From positions 27,528 to 91,527 of the forward strand of contig JACRCJ010000286.1 in NCBI GenBank assembly GCA_016219075.1: a stretch of DNA of 64,000 nucleotides, read 5' to 3'. Origin of the DNA: Deltaproteobacteria bacterium (GTDB lineage Bacteria; Desulfobacterota; GWC2-55-46). Made by a program: the position numbers and the translations under genes. Position 1 is the first letter of the stretch; every line of letters starts with the position of its first letter. Of this stretch, positions 45,484-55,003 are shown one piece after another. The notes beneath the pieces were generated by a model, which was not told where the DNA came from, ran no database searches, and was given only the letters and a program-made list of their open reading frames with translations.

Positions 45484-46701
45484 CTATTTTGTTTTGAAGA
45501 CCGTAAGGAGCCCCTTGTCCGTAAGGAGCGCTACCCCCGCGTCCCCTGCCGAGGCGTTCGCGGTAACGGAGGAGCCTACGCCCTTTTCCCAGAGGGTACC
45601 GCCGTCCTTGAGGCTCAATGCCTGTATGCGCCCCTTTGTCCTCGATAGGAAATCCCACCCGAAGGGCTTTATCGTCCGTTTCGAGACCACGAAAAGCGCG
45701 TCCCCGGCCGCGAAAACGCTCGTTAAGGGGCTGTACTTCACATCGCTTTTCCAGAGCACGGCCCCGGTGAGCCTGTCTATCATGGCCACCTGGCTCTCTC
45801 CGGCTATCACAAGACGGTTCCTGTCAAGGGCTATGAAGTCGTAAGCCTTTATTATATTGTATATCCCTTTTACCTCGCCCGTATCTTCCGAGAGCGCCTC
45901 GACCGCGTTGTTGTCGTCTATGGCGTAAACCGCGCCCCCGGCTACGAGCGGGGTCCTTCTGGTCTGCCGGGCGTTGTCGAACCTCTTGACCAATTTCTTA
46001 GACCACGCCTCCTTGCCAGTATCCGCGGAAAGGCTTACGAGCGTCCCGTCGGAGAAAAAGACGTAAAGCCTCCCGTTAGACCAGGCGGGTGAGGCGTATA
46101 TCCTCGGGGTCACGGTCTGCAAGGTGCCCCTGTTGTAGCTCCAGGCCTTCTCGCCGGTCTTCGCGTCCAGGGCGTAGACCCTGTCGTCCGACGAAGAGAA
46201 GTAGACCCTGCCGCCGGTCACTACCGGGGAAGAGAGTATCTCGGAGCGCGCCGTGAACCGCCAGGCCTCCTTGCCGTTCGCCCTGTCGAGGCACCTCAAG
46301 ACCCCGTCCGACGAGCCGAAATATACGGACTGGCCTTCCACGGTAGCTGTTGCCTCGACCGGGTAGCCGGAGTCGAACTTCCAAAGGGTTTTGCCGGAAT
46401 CGAAATCGACTGTATAGAACTCCTCGTTGGTGGAGCCGGCGTAGAGCACCCCGTTCGAGATCACCGGTGAGGAGAGCTGCTCTTTCGGGTACGCCTTGAA
46501 GAGGTTGAAGGCCGAGACGTTCCTGTCCCACGCTATCGCAAGGGGGAGCGTCAGGTTTTCTCCGGTCATGTTCGCGCGCTGGTATCCGTTCAGGTAGGTC
46601 GGCCAGTCCTTATGGACCACGGCCTTTGGCGCCGCGCAGCCGGACAGGATAAACAGAACGGCTGCCGCCTTAATAAGCCTTTTTGAGAAGTTCCCTGGCA
46701 T
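45484..46701 (-). CDS. PQQ-like beta-propeller lipoprotein (BamB-like outer membrane assembly factor candidate)
   Basis: Lipobox LSGC after a signal peptide. Repeated GxxYxxxxDGxLxALDxxTGxxxW blades (8 repeats). Confidence 0.55.
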   Translation of the reverse strand: MPGNFSKRLIKAAAVLFILSGCAAPKAVVHKDWPTYLNGYQRANMTGENLTLPLAIAWDRNVSAFNLFKAYPKEQLSSPVISNGVLYAGSTNEEFYTVDFDSGKTLWKFDSGYPVEATATVEGQSVYFGSSDGVLRCLDRANGKEAWRFTARSEILSSPVVTGGRVYFSSSDDRVYALDAKTGEKAWSYNRGTLQTVTPRIYASPAWSNGRLYVFFSDGTLVSLSADTGKEAWSKKLVKRFDNARQTRRTPLVAGGAVYAIDDNNAVEALSEDTGEVKGIYNIIKAYDFIALDRNRLVIAGESQVAMIDRLTGAVLWKSDVKYSPLTSVFAAGDALFVVSKRTIKPFGWDFLSRTKGRIQALSLKDGGTLWEKGVGSSVTANASAGDAGVALLTDKGLLTVFKTK

Positions 46702-47317
46702 TCTCTCTGATTCTCCTTATGTCGGCGTTGTCAAGCCCGGCGCCGAGCGCTATCTTATCCGCCTTTTCATCGGTAATGAGATCGCCGGGCGAGTGCGAGT
46801 CCGTATTTACCACCATGCGTACCCCGAACTCCTTGCACATCCGAGCCACGTGGCCGTTCGAGGCGTTGTGCCCTCCCCTGCTCGTTATCTCGAAGCGGAC
46901 GGATTTTTTTACCGCGGCCCTGCACTCTTCCTCGGTAACGAGCCCCGGGTGGGCGAGTATGTCAACGCCCGCTTTTATGTAGGCCATGTTCGTACCGGCC
47001 TCCACGGGCTCGGCCAGGGTCTCGCCGTGGCCGATGACGATGCGCGCGCCGAGGGCGCGCGCATTCTTTACCATGAGAGGTATACGCCGCGGGGGTATGT
47101 GCGTAAGCTCAACGCCGGGGATGAGCCTGAAGCCCTTGTCCCTGTTTACGAGAGCGCTGACCTTTATTATCTGCTTCAAGACCTGCTCTATGTTGGACTC
47201 ATCGGCGTGGTCTGTTATGGCCATGGCCGTGTACCCCATGACGCGGGCCCTCCTCACCAGCTCCGAGGGTATGAGGGCGCCGTCGCTAAGAAGGCTGTGA
47301 GTGTGGAAGTCTATCAT
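46670..47317 (-). CDS. PHP-family metal-dependent phosphoesterase
   Basis: MIDFHTHSLLSDG...AMAITDHAD PHP motif I/II. ~215 aa. Confidence 0.6.
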   Translation of the reverse strand: MIDFHTHSLLSDGALIPSELVRRARVMGYTAMAITDHADESNIEQVLKQIIKVSALVNRDKGFRLIPGVELTHIPPRRIPLMVKNARALGARIVIGHGETLAEPVEAGTNMAYIKAGVDILAHPGLVTEEECRAAVKKSVRFEITSRGGHNASNGHVARMCKEFGVRMVVNTDSHSPGDLITDEKADKIALGAGLDNADIRRIRENARELLKKAY

Positions 47318-47338
47318 CGTGGTCTCTTTCTTGAGGGT

Positions 47339-48874
47339 TTATGCGGCGACATAATCGTCTTTTATGAGCTTGCTGAAAAGCCCGTAGAAGACCTCGGCCG
47401 CTACCGAGTCTTTGGCGTTGAGCCTGAATACCGGCTCATCGGGCTTTAGGCTCAGTTCATTCCTGAAGCCCGCCTCGCCCCCGGCGGGTGTGTCGCCCCC
47501 GGCGTATACGTGCATGGCCGGGACCCGTCTCTTCAGGAGTATCTCCCGCTTGGCGGCCGAGAGGTCTTTTAACGCGTTCGCCCCGCCGTCGTCCCAGAGG
47601 ACTATGAGGCCGATGAGGTTCGTGGAAAAGGCCTTCCATATCGGCCCCATGTGCTTCGCCTCGGGTATCGAGAAGAGCAATAGCTCCATCCCTCCGTAGA
47701 GCTTTAGCTTGGCGACCGTGCCGAGGGGGCTCTCCTTCGCTATGTGGGCGAAGGACGAAGAGCCGCCCGACGAAAATCCGGGGATACGCCCGCAGCTCTC
47801 GATGAAACGGTTTACGGCGCTGCCGGAAGTCGAGAGGATGAATATCTTCCCGTAGTTGAGGTTGAATATGTCCGAGAACCTGCTTATTATCTTCTCCCTT
47901 ATGCTTATCATCTGGTCGTGCGTCAGGAACTCCTGCCTCTGCCCGGCCCCGGCCCTGACTTCTTTTTCTTCGAGTATCCCCCGCCCTATCATGCTCGACA
48001 GGGTCTTGTAGACCTCGTAGTCCGGGTGAGTGCAGTGCTCGACGAGGTCCTCTACCCTCGGGTACGCGGCTGAGAGCTGTATTATCTCGTAGATTATGGG
48101 CTGTAGATTCTTGGGCAGGCTCCCGGAGCCCAGCTTCGCCTTGACGAGGGTGTCGCTGCGCGGGAACTGGTCCATGTTTTTCTTGAACTCGTCCATCTGC
48201 CTCATCCCCTCCATGAGGAGGTTCCCGGCGGCGCCCTTGATCTTCTTCTGCGCGGTCACGGCCCCGGGGATGAACTCGAACTTCCCGTCGGCCCACTGGA
48301 GGAGCCTGAACAGGGCCTTCTCCTTCTCCACGCCTGCGGTGGACGCGTTGTATATCTGTCCGTCCTTCAAGTAGATGCTCCCTGACCTGTCGTTAGCGGC
48401 AAGCCTGAGCTCGCCCTCTTTCCTGTTGAGGTGGAGGAACTGGAGGATGTCCGCGAGCGACATGTGCGAGAGCTTCCCCTCGATCTCCTTTGTCGAGAGC
48501 GCGCCGCCGCCTTTCGTTGAGAGCGTCTGCCTTATCCTGCCGTAAAGCTCCTCGAGCTTGACCGGCTTCATGAGGAATATGTCTACCCCTGCCTTGAACC
48601 CCTTTATGTCAGTGACGGCGTCCGAGACGAACAGGAACGGCACTGACGAGGTGTGCGGGTTGTTCCGTAATATCTGGAAGACCTTCTCGCCGCCAATTAC
48701 AGGCAGGTCTATCTCCGCTATTATGAGGGAAGGCACGTCCCTTACCGCGAGTTCGAGGGCGTGCGCCCCGTCCCTCACAGGCTTGACGTCAAAGCCGAGC
48801 CCGGAGAGATACGCCGAGAACGCCTTTATGTCCTCGCTCCCTTTGAGCGCAAGGAGGATGCTGTTCTTCGCCAT
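47339..48874 (-). CDS. response regulator: receiver (REC) domain plus DUF4388 domain
   Basis: REC with the phospho-acceptor region (SLIIAEIDLP...) and K-containing C-terminal strand. DUF4388-like LADILQFLHLNRKEGELRL...YLKDGQIY. Start at the ATG at 48874 (MAKNSILL) overlapping the upstream stop (TAATG). The track ORF extends to 48991. Confidence 0.6.
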   Translation of the reverse strand: MAKNSILLALKGSEDIKAFSAYLSGLGFDVKPVRDGAHALELAVRDVPSLIIAEIDLPVIGGEKVFQILRNNPHTSSVPFLFVSDAVTDIKGFKAGVDIFLMKPVKLEELYGRIRQTLSTKGGGALSTKEIEGKLSHMSLADILQFLHLNRKEGELRLAANDRSGSIYLKDGQIYNASTAGVEKEKALFRLLQWADGKFEFIPGAVTAQKKIKGAAGNLLMEGMRQMDEFKKNMDQFPRSDTLVKAKLGSGSLPKNLQPIIYEIIQLSAAYPRVEDLVEHCTHPDYEVYKTLSSMIGRGILEEKEVRAGAGQRQEFLTHDQMISIREKIISRFSDIFNLNYGKIFILSTSGSAVNRFIESCGRIPGFSSGGSSSFAHIAKESPLGTVAKLKLYGGMELLLFSIPEAKHMGPIWKAFSTNLIGLIVLWDDGGANALKDLSAAKREILLKRRVPAMHVYAGGDTPAGGEAGFRNELSLKPDEPVFRLNAKDSVAAEVFYGLFSKLIKDDYVAA

Positions 48875-49887
48875 TATCCGAAATTTTCCTGAAGGGAGTA
48901 TTCGCCCTGGAACTTGGAGATAAGGCCTTCGACAAGGACCGGGTCCGCGGTATGGAAGCAGGAGAATGTCGCCCCCCAGTTCTCCTTGCACACAAGGGCG
49001 TAGCCCGAGTCCTCGTTGAGGAAAAATGTGAAGAGGAACTCCTTGAGCCTCGGGTCGTCGAGCGGAATGGGCGTCGCGCTCTTCACCTCCGATAGATTCC
49101 CGTCCGGCTCGCCCACCAGGAAGACCCTTGTCGCCAGCGCCCCGGCCGAGTTGAGGGCCTTCAGCACGGGGAGCGAAGAGATCGACTTCGACGCGTAATA
49201 GAGCACCCCCCTTTTCTGCGGCGCCCTCATGACCTCGTTCAACACAAGCTCGTTTATCCCGTCTATGAAAAATTCCGTAAGGTCCTGTCCGGAGCCCGCC
49301 TCAAAGCTCGAGTTGTCGAAGCCCGAGTAAGGCCTGCCCGAAAGCTCGCCGATTATCTCCCAGAAGAGCCTGTCTTTAAGCCCCTGCCGCTCCCATACCG
49401 ACTCCTTCCTCTCCCTGGCCCTCTTCGCGGCCGTGCTCAGGAGCTCCCCGAAGCCCTTGCCGTCCCTCGGGAAGGTCGCCTGGGTTATGACCGCCGAAAG
49501 CCTCCCCTTGCGTGCTATCTGCCCGGCCGCCTTCGTAAGCTTCCTTACGGCGATAAGCGAGCCGAAGTAGTCGGTCTCCGGGAGTATCACGACGAGCTCC
49601 CTGTCGCACGCCATGCCGGCCACGTCGCAGTTCCTGACGGAATCGGTCACCACCTTCGCAAGCGCCTTAATGGACTCCAGGTGCGCGCCCTCGGACGGGT
49701 CAACGTCCCCGTGGCCGTCTACCGTTATAAGTACGACGGAGAAACAGGTATTGTACCTCGTTGAGCGCAGGGCCTCGATCTTGCCGTATTCGTTTATGAA
49801 GTATGCGTCGTAGAACCTGCCCGGCAAACCCCTGGCGAAGGCCGTTTTCCTGTCGATGTCCAAGCTCCAAGCTCCAGATAAACGCAA
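48874..49887 (-). CDS. hypothetical protein with degenerate GGDEF-like N-terminal domain (CDREL in place of GG[D/E]EF)
   Basis: FSVVLITVDGHGD...VAGMACDRELVVILPETD follows the diguanylate-cyclase fold pattern but lacks the GGDEF catalytic motif. 337 aa. Translationally coupled to the downstream response regulator. Confidence 0.35.
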   Translation of the reverse strand: MRLSGAWSLDIDRKTAFARGLPGRFYDAYFINEYGKIEALRSTRYNTCFSVVLITVDGHGDVDPSEGAHLESIKALAKVVTDSVRNCDVAGMACDRELVVILPETDYFGSLIAVRKLTKAAGQIARKGRLSAVITQATFPRDGKGFGELLSTAAKRARERKESVWERQGLKDRLFWEIIGELSGRPYSGFDNSSFEAGSGQDLTEFFIDGINELVLNEVMRAPQKRGVLYYASKSISSLPVLKALNSAGALATRVFLVGEPDGNLSEVKSATPIPLDDPRLKEFLFTFFLNEDSGYALVCKENWGATFSCFHTADPVLVEGLISKFQGEYSLQENFG

Positions 49888-49901
49888 GACCCGCGCTTTT
49901 T

Positions 49902-50393
49902 CTACATCTTGTATTTGCCGAACTCGCCGGGTGAGATGTCTTCAAGGCTGTCGAGGAAGTCCTTGCCTGATTTTTTCCCCTCCCCGCGCATGTCTATGCT
50001 CTTGGACTTCTCCAATACGCTGGAATCGACGAATATGTTCGAGTTCATCCTGAGCGCCAGGGCTATCGCGTCGCTCGGCCTTGCGTCGAGGGTGAAATCA
50101 CTGCCGTCCTTGCCCGTCATGTGGATGGTAGCGTAATATACGTTGTCCTTGAGGTCGTTTACCTCTATCTTGTTGACCGTGACGCTCAGGTTCTTCAATA
50201 TTTCCTTCAGGAGGTCGTGCGTCATGGGTCTCGAGAACCGGACCTTTTCAAGCTCGGAGGCTATGGCGCTCGCCTCCAGCACGCCTATCCAGACCGGCAG
50301 GGCGTTCTTCTCATCGTGGTCCTTCAATATCACTATGGGCACGTTAGTGAACGGGTCGATCGTGAGCCCGAAGACCTTCATCTTCAAAAACAT
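49902..50393 (-). CDS. bifunctional nuclease family protein (BFN/DUF151)
   Basis: PIVILKDHDEKNALPVWIGVLEASAIA...RPMTHDLL and RPSDAIALALRMN match the BFN domain. Confidence 0.6.
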   Translation of the reverse strand: MFLKMKVFGLTIDPFTNVPIVILKDHDEKNALPVWIGVLEASAIASELEKVRFSRPMTHDLLKEILKNLSVTVNKIEVNDLKDNVYYATIHMTGKDGSDFTLDARPSDAIALALRMNSNIFVDSSVLEKSKSIDMRGEGKKSGKDFLDSLEDISPGEFGKYKM

Positions 50394-50421
50394 GATGCTG
50401 CTCCTTTTTTTGTGCTGCGTT

Positions 50422-51774
50422 TTACGCCTTTAATCTCTCTGCAACCATCCCGCGTAGAGAATTGGGGAACGCATGGGTTATGCTTACGTCGATCAAACAG
50501 CCGGCCTCGGTCCGTTCTCCTTCGGGGGCCGGGAAATTGACTACCCTCCCGCAGGAGGTCCTCCCCGAAAGCTCTTCCACGTCCGTCTTGCTTGCGCCCT
50601 CCACGACCACCTCGATGGTGGAGCCTTCAAGCCTCCTGTTCCTCTCAAGGGATATCTCCCTTTGCGCCGCCATCAATATCCGCAGCCTTTCGGACTTCAC
50701 CTCGAAAGGGACCTGCTCCTTGAAGGACGCGGCCTTTGTGCCGGGACGCGGCGAGTACATGAATGAGAAGATACTGTCGAACCTCACCCTGTCCAGAAGG
50801 GCCATCGTATCGTCGAAATCGGCCCCGGTCTCTCCGGGAAAACCGACGATCATGTCGGTCGTTATCGCCATGCCGGGGTACAAGGACCTCAAAAGCGATA
50901 CCCTGGAGAAGTACTCATCCACGGTGTAGCCCCTGCCCATCTTCCTTAATACGCCGTCCGAGCCCGACTGGACCGGCAGGTGTATGTGCCTGCAGAGCTT
51001 CGGCTCGTCCCTGAAAAGGTATATCAGCTCTTCAGAGATGTCCTTGGGATGGGAAGTTATGAACTTTATCCTCTCTATCCCCTCCACCCCGGCAACCATC
51101 CTCAAAAGGCAGGGGAATGATACGTCCCCGCCGTTGTTCCCGTATGAGTTGACGTTCTGCCCGAGCAGGGTGACTTCCTTGACGCCCTCGTCAGAAAGCC
51201 TCTTTACCTCTTCGACTACCTCGGCGCTGCCCCTGCTCACCTCCCTGCCCCTCGTGTAAGGCACTATGCAGTAGGCGCAGAAGTTGTCGCACCCCCTCAT
51301 TATGCTCACGAAGGCCCTGTGCTTCGTAGAAGGGAGGGTAAAACCGTATTCGTCCGCGCCAATCTCCGCGCTTTGCTCTACGGCTACGGGCCTTTTTTTC
51401 AGGGAGGCCTCGTCGAGCAGGTCCTTCAGCCTGTGTATGTTATGCGGGCCGAAGACTATGTCCAGGTAGGGCGCCCTCTTCAAGAGCTTTGCGCCCTGCT
51501 GCTGGGCAACGCACCCGGATACGCCTATTATAAGCCCCGGGTTCCAGCTCTTGAGTTCTTTAAACCTGCCGAGCGCGGAGTAGACCTTCTGCTCGGCCTT
51601 GTCCCTGATGCTACAGGTGTTTATTATGATGAGGTCGGCCTTGCCGGGCTCGTAGGTGCGCGAGTACCGTATGTCCTTCAGGAACCCGAGTATCCTGTCG
51701 GAGTCGTTCTCGTTCATCTGGCAGCCGAAGGTCTCGAGGAAGACCTTCTTATCTCCGCTTAAAGCCTCTTGCAT
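50422..51774 (-). CDS. miaB: tRNA (N6-isopentenyl adenosine(37)-C2)-methylthiotransferase MiaB
   Basis: MTTase N-domain (KVFLETFGCQMNENDSDRI), radical SAM CxxxCxxC (GCDNFCAYC), C-terminal TRAM domain. 450 aa. Confidence 0.85.
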   Translation of the reverse strand: MQEALSGDKKVFLETFGCQMNENDSDRILGFLKDIRYSRTYEPGKADLIIINTCSIRDKAEQKVYSALGRFKELKSWNPGLIIGVSGCVAQQQGAKLLKRAPYLDIVFGPHNIHRLKDLLDEASLKKRPVAVEQSAEIGADEYGFTLPSTKHRAFVSIMRGCDNFCAYCIVPYTRGREVSRGSAEVVEEVKRLSDEGVKEVTLLGQNVNSYGNNGGDVSFPCLLRMVAGVEGIERIKFITSHPKDISEELIYLFRDEPKLCRHIHLPVQSGSDGVLRKMGRGYTVDEYFSRVSLLRSLYPGMAITTDMIVGFPGETGADFDDTMALLDRVRFDSIFSFMYSPRPGTKAASFKEQVPFEVKSERLRILMAAQREISLERNRRLEGSTIEVVVEGASKTDVEELSGRTSCGRVVNFPAPEGERTEAGCLIDVSITHAFPNSLRGMVAERLKA

Positions 51775-51784
51775 GACTCACCTT

Positions 51785-51898
51785 GAACACGCACAGCGAG
51801 CGCATTCCCCGCTGTTTGCGGCGGGGTTTAGCGAGCGAATCGAATTTTTTTCCTTTTGTGTCGAAGATTCCCCGCAGCTTGCTGCGGGGAGATTCAAA
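51785..51898 (+). repeat. ~114-nt intergenic repeat element, copy 2 (two near-perfect hairpins)
   Basis: Same sequence as 26840-26957. The second hairpin CCCCGCAGC-TTGC-TGCGGGG is perfect here and degenerate in copy 1. Lies in the miaB 5' region (antisense to miaB). Confidence 0.8.
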
Positions 51899-52032
51899 GC
51901 AACCAGTACATTTTAAGGTCAATGAACGCTTTTAGTCAAGAGAGTTCTGGAGGTATGGGGGCTTAAGACTTTGTTTTTAAAAGTATTTTTAACAGGCTGC
52001 TGAAAAAGCCCTGTTCTACCGTGTCGTCTCTG

Positions 52033-52722
52033 TTAAACCTGCCCCCTGGCCTTTGCCAGGAGCTCGTCTTTTTCAGGCTTGACTGTCCACGGGTTACGGA
52101 TGCCGAACTTCTTCTCCATGGTCTTTGCCGCTGAGAGAGCCTCTTTTTTCGTGGAATAGAAGCCGACCCTCACCCTGTGCCATTTGACGCCTTTTTTCGT
52201 AAAGTCCGTGATATACGCGTCGTAACCGGCCTTTTTGAGCTTTCCGGCGAGTGCCTGCGCCGAACGCATGTCAGGGAAAGACGCGAGGTTCAATGCCCAG
52301 GGCTTTGACAGGGTCTTTTTCTCTATTTTCTTTGCATCTGCCTTGGCCGGGGCCTTTTTCGCCGCCGCCTTTTCGCCGGACGGAGCCTTCTGGGCGGTCT
52401 TTTTCTCCTTGTTGTCCTGAAGGTCTATCTTTATCGCAGGCTTTGCGGGGGCCTCGGCAACCACCTTTTTCTCCGGCTTTTTCTGCTCAAGGACAACGGG
52501 GGCCGGGGCCGGCCTCGACGCCGGCGTTGCCGCCTCTTGCGCGGGCTGTATCTCCGTCGCGGCTGAGCCCTCGGCAGGGGCTGCCGCGTCCTTGAGCTCT
52601 ATCTTAACCCTCTTCGATATTACCTCCGAATCCCCTTTATCTTTTTTCTTCCCGCACGCCGGGACAAGCGCGAGCAGTAATATGAGCGTAAGGCAATGGA
52701 ACTTCCTCGGCATAACCCTCAA
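52033..52722 (-). CDS. SPOR-domain lipoprotein (peptidoglycan-binding), Ala/Pro/Lys-rich linker
   Basis: Lipobox VPAC. Low-complexity APAKPA/KKAA linker. C-terminal SPOR domain (WALNLASFPDMRSAQALAGKLKKAGYDAYI...WHRVRVGFYSTKKEA). ATGA overlap with the pilQ stop. Confidence 0.65.
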   Translation of the reverse strand: MRVMPRKFHCLTLILLLALVPACGKKKDKGDSEVISKRVKIELKDAAAPAEGSAATEIQPAQEAATPASRPAPAPVVLEQKKPEKKVVAEAPAKPAIKIDLQDNKEKKTAQKAPSGEKAAAKKAPAKADAKKIEKKTLSKPWALNLASFPDMRSAQALAGKLKKAGYDAYITDFTKKGVKWHRVRVGFYSTKKEALSAAKTMEKKFGIRNPWTVKPEKDELLAKARGQV

Positions 52723-54047
52723 TTCATGACCTCCGTATTGTTAACAGGCTTTACTATCCTCGGCGTTATGAAGACAAGGAGCTCCTCGTGGGTGGAGTCC
52801 CTCGCGTCAGACCTGAAAAAACTCCCAAGCACGGGCACACCGGAAAGGAACGGGACCGAGCCTTTCTGGTCCGAGGCGGTAGTCTTGTAGAGCCCGCCTA
52901 TCACGACCGTATCCCCGTCCCTCACGAGCACGAACGTGGAGGCGCTCTTCTCGGACACCCCGGGGATGCCGTCTACCGTCCTTGTAAAATCAGGGTCGCT
53001 CTTATTGGTGTTTATGTTCAATACGATGAACCCGTCCGCGTTTATCTGCGGGGTTACCGTAAGGTCTATCCCCGTCTTTATCTGCTCGAGCCCGCCCAGG
53101 CCCGTCGTGGTCGTTGTGGCGGCGTTGGCGCCCGTCACGATGGCCTGTGTCAATTTGACCCTGAAGGTAAGGCCGCTATGGATGGTGGCTGGCCTGTTGT
53201 TGAGCGTCGATATCTTCGGCCTCGATACGATCTTCAGCTCGCCGCGCGTCTCAGCGGCTGAAAGCTCTATGTCGAGGAAGACCTTCTTCGATAAATTGCC
53301 GAGTATGAGCCCGAGCCCCGAGGTCGGGGACGAGGCCGGGAGGTTTACCGCGAAGTTCCTGTCCCCGGAGGACTTGGGAAGGAGCGCGCTGCCGCCCAGG
53401 AAGTCCCTGCCCGATGAGTATGTAGCGCCCCACTGGATGCCCAATTGCCTCGTGAAGGTGCTGTTCGCCTCCACAATGCGGGCCTCTATCTCGACCTGCG
53501 GCGTCTGGGTGTCCACTGCCGTCAAAAGGCTTTTCGCCATTTCAAGGTTCCTTGGCAGGTCCCTCAACACGACCGAATTGGTCCTCATATCGGCGAAGGC
53601 GGCGCCTTCGGGGCTCAGGGTGCCTTTAAGCTGCTGTATCGCGCTGCCGGGGTCCGCGTAGTTGAGCCTTACTATCTCTACGCGCATCTCCTCTGACAGG
53701 TCGACCTTTTTCCCTACCCAGAAGACGTTATTCTGTATGGTGTATGTAAGCCCCTGGGCCTTTATTATCATCTCGAGGGCCCGCCTGAAAGGCACTTCCC
53801 TGAAGCTTACGCTGACCTTGCCGGCGACCCCTTCCCCGAGGATTATATTGAGGCCGCTTTGCCGGGCGAGCGCCCTTAGGACGTCGGAGACTTCAGCGTC
53901 CCTAACCTCGATGGAAAAAAGCCTTTCCTCATCCCCGGCAACGCCTTCCGATGGCTGGCCGAAGGCGGCCGGAGGCGCTAAAAAAAACAATAAAAACAGA
54001 AAGATACGCCCAGTTTTACCTGCCAGCATTGTGTAGCTCCGGGACAT
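52719..54047 (-). CDS. pilQ: type IV pilus secretin PilQ
   Basis: N-terminal STN/secretin-N domain. C-terminal secretin domain ending GGLYKTTASDQKGSVPFLSGVPVLGSFFRS...LLVFITPRIV. Confidence 0.8.
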   Translation of the reverse strand: MSRSYTMLAGKTGRIFLFLLFFLAPPAAFGQPSEGVAGDEERLFSIEVRDAEVSDVLRALARQSGLNIILGEGVAGKVSVSFREVPFRRALEMIIKAQGLTYTIQNNVFWVGKKVDLSEEMRVEIVRLNYADPGSAIQQLKGTLSPEGAAFADMRTNSVVLRDLPRNLEMAKSLLTAVDTQTPQVEIEARIVEANSTFTRQLGIQWGATYSSGRDFLGGSALLPKSSGDRNFAVNLPASSPTSGLGLILGNLSKKVFLDIELSAAETRGELKIVSRPKISTLNNRPATIHSGLTFRVKLTQAIVTGANAATTTTTGLGGLEQIKTGIDLTVTPQINADGFIVLNINTNKSDPDFTRTVDGIPGVSEKSASTFVLVRDGDTVVIGGLYKTTASDQKGSVPFLSGVPVLGSFFRSDARDSTHEELLVFITPRIVKPVNNTEVMN

Positions 54048-54411
54048 CCGCCATCTGGATTTTCACCTGGCCGTTTTCACCCTGAAGTATAACATGAGTC
54101 CTGCCTATATCAATAACTTTTTGTCCCTTTACAACGCCTCCGATGTAGACGATCCTGTCGTTTATTATGGCCGAGGGGTTCCGCGGGTTGTAGAATATCG
54201 CTGTAAGTCTCAGGTCCGGGGGCGCTCCAGTGACTTTCAAGGCCGGCACGAACGGGTCTTTGCCCCACGCAAGGGGCAGGGACCTGGTGGGCGGGAGCTT
54301 GCCCGCGTAGGAGAGCGACTCCCCTTTCGAGGTGTTCGTGATGAAAAGGAGGCAAAACGCCGCTGCGAGCGCGTATGCTGAAATGGATTTTCCGTCTCTT
54401 TTAACGTCCAT
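54016..54411 (-). CDS. pilP: type IV pilus assembly lipoprotein PilP
   Basis: Small protein with PilP-type C-terminal beta domain (LRLTAIFYNPRNPSAIINDRIVYIGGVVKGQKVIDIGRTHVIL). Position between pilO and pilQ. Confidence 0.65.
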   Translation of the reverse strand: MDVKRDGKSISAYALAAAFCLLFITNTSKGESLSYAGKLPPTRSLPLAWGKDPFVPALKVTGAPPDLRLTAIFYNPRNPSAIINDRIVYIGGVVKGQKVIDIGRTHVILQGENGQVKIQMADVPELHNAGR

Positions 54412-55003
54412 AGTTCATCATGTAGGCGCTTAAATAGACCTGGGCCCTCAGCACGGCGGACGAGTCGTCCTTCGGCTCCACCATGAAGTTATCGACTATC
54501 ATGAGCCTCGGCATCTTCTCGACCCTTTCGAGATAGTCCCCGAACGGGATGAACCGCGCCTCCATCGTTATCTGGAACGGCAGCCTTGAAAGCTCCCCCC
54601 TGTCCTCCGGAGCTAAGGGCTTTATCGATACTATCCTGATCCCGGCGCCCGGAGTGCCGGAGAACTCGGCGAGGAGCCTCGATACCTGCTTGTCCGAAGG
54701 GAGCCTTTCTTTAAGATTTTTAAGCCTGTCTTCAAGGAGCTTTAGGCTAACCGAGGCCTCAGCCGCCGTCTTTTCAAGGTTAGCGGAAGCGCGCGCCTCA
54801 GCCTCCGTCTTCCCCAACTCGGCGCGGGCGCCCTCTATCCGTCCGTCGAGGGCGCTTATCTCCCTTGCGTTTCTCATGTAGCCGAACCTGTAGAAGACGA
54901 CGGAAAAGACGAAAAGTCCGAGCAGGGCTATAAGCTCGCCCTTGAAAACCTTCAATCTGGAGAGGTCCAGGTCATGGAGTGCCTTCAGGACGTCACCATT
55001 CAT
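54401..55003 (-). CDS. pilO: type IV pilus assembly protein PilO
   Basis: Single TM, coiled-coil, ferredoxin-like C-terminal domain. Position between pilN and pilP. Confidence 0.65.
   Translation of the reverse strand: MNGDVLKALHDLDLSRLKVFKGELIALLGLFVFSVVFYRFGYMRNAREISALDGRIEGARAELGKTEAEARASANLEKTAAEASVSLKLLEDRLKNLKERLPSDKQVSRLLAEFSGTPGAGIRIVSIKPLAPEDRGELSRLPFQITMEARFIPFGDYLERVEKMPRLMIVDNFMVEPKDDSSAVLRAQVYLSAYMMNYGR

Noticed and set aside
49902-50393. BFN nuclease, PHP phosphoesterase and neighbouring genes as a phage-defence island
   Set aside because: BFN (DUF151) and PHP proteins are common housekeeping or stress proteins. There are no ATPase, helicase or methylase partners, no toxin-antitoxin-like pairs, and no compositional shift. 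Support for a defence system is insufficient.
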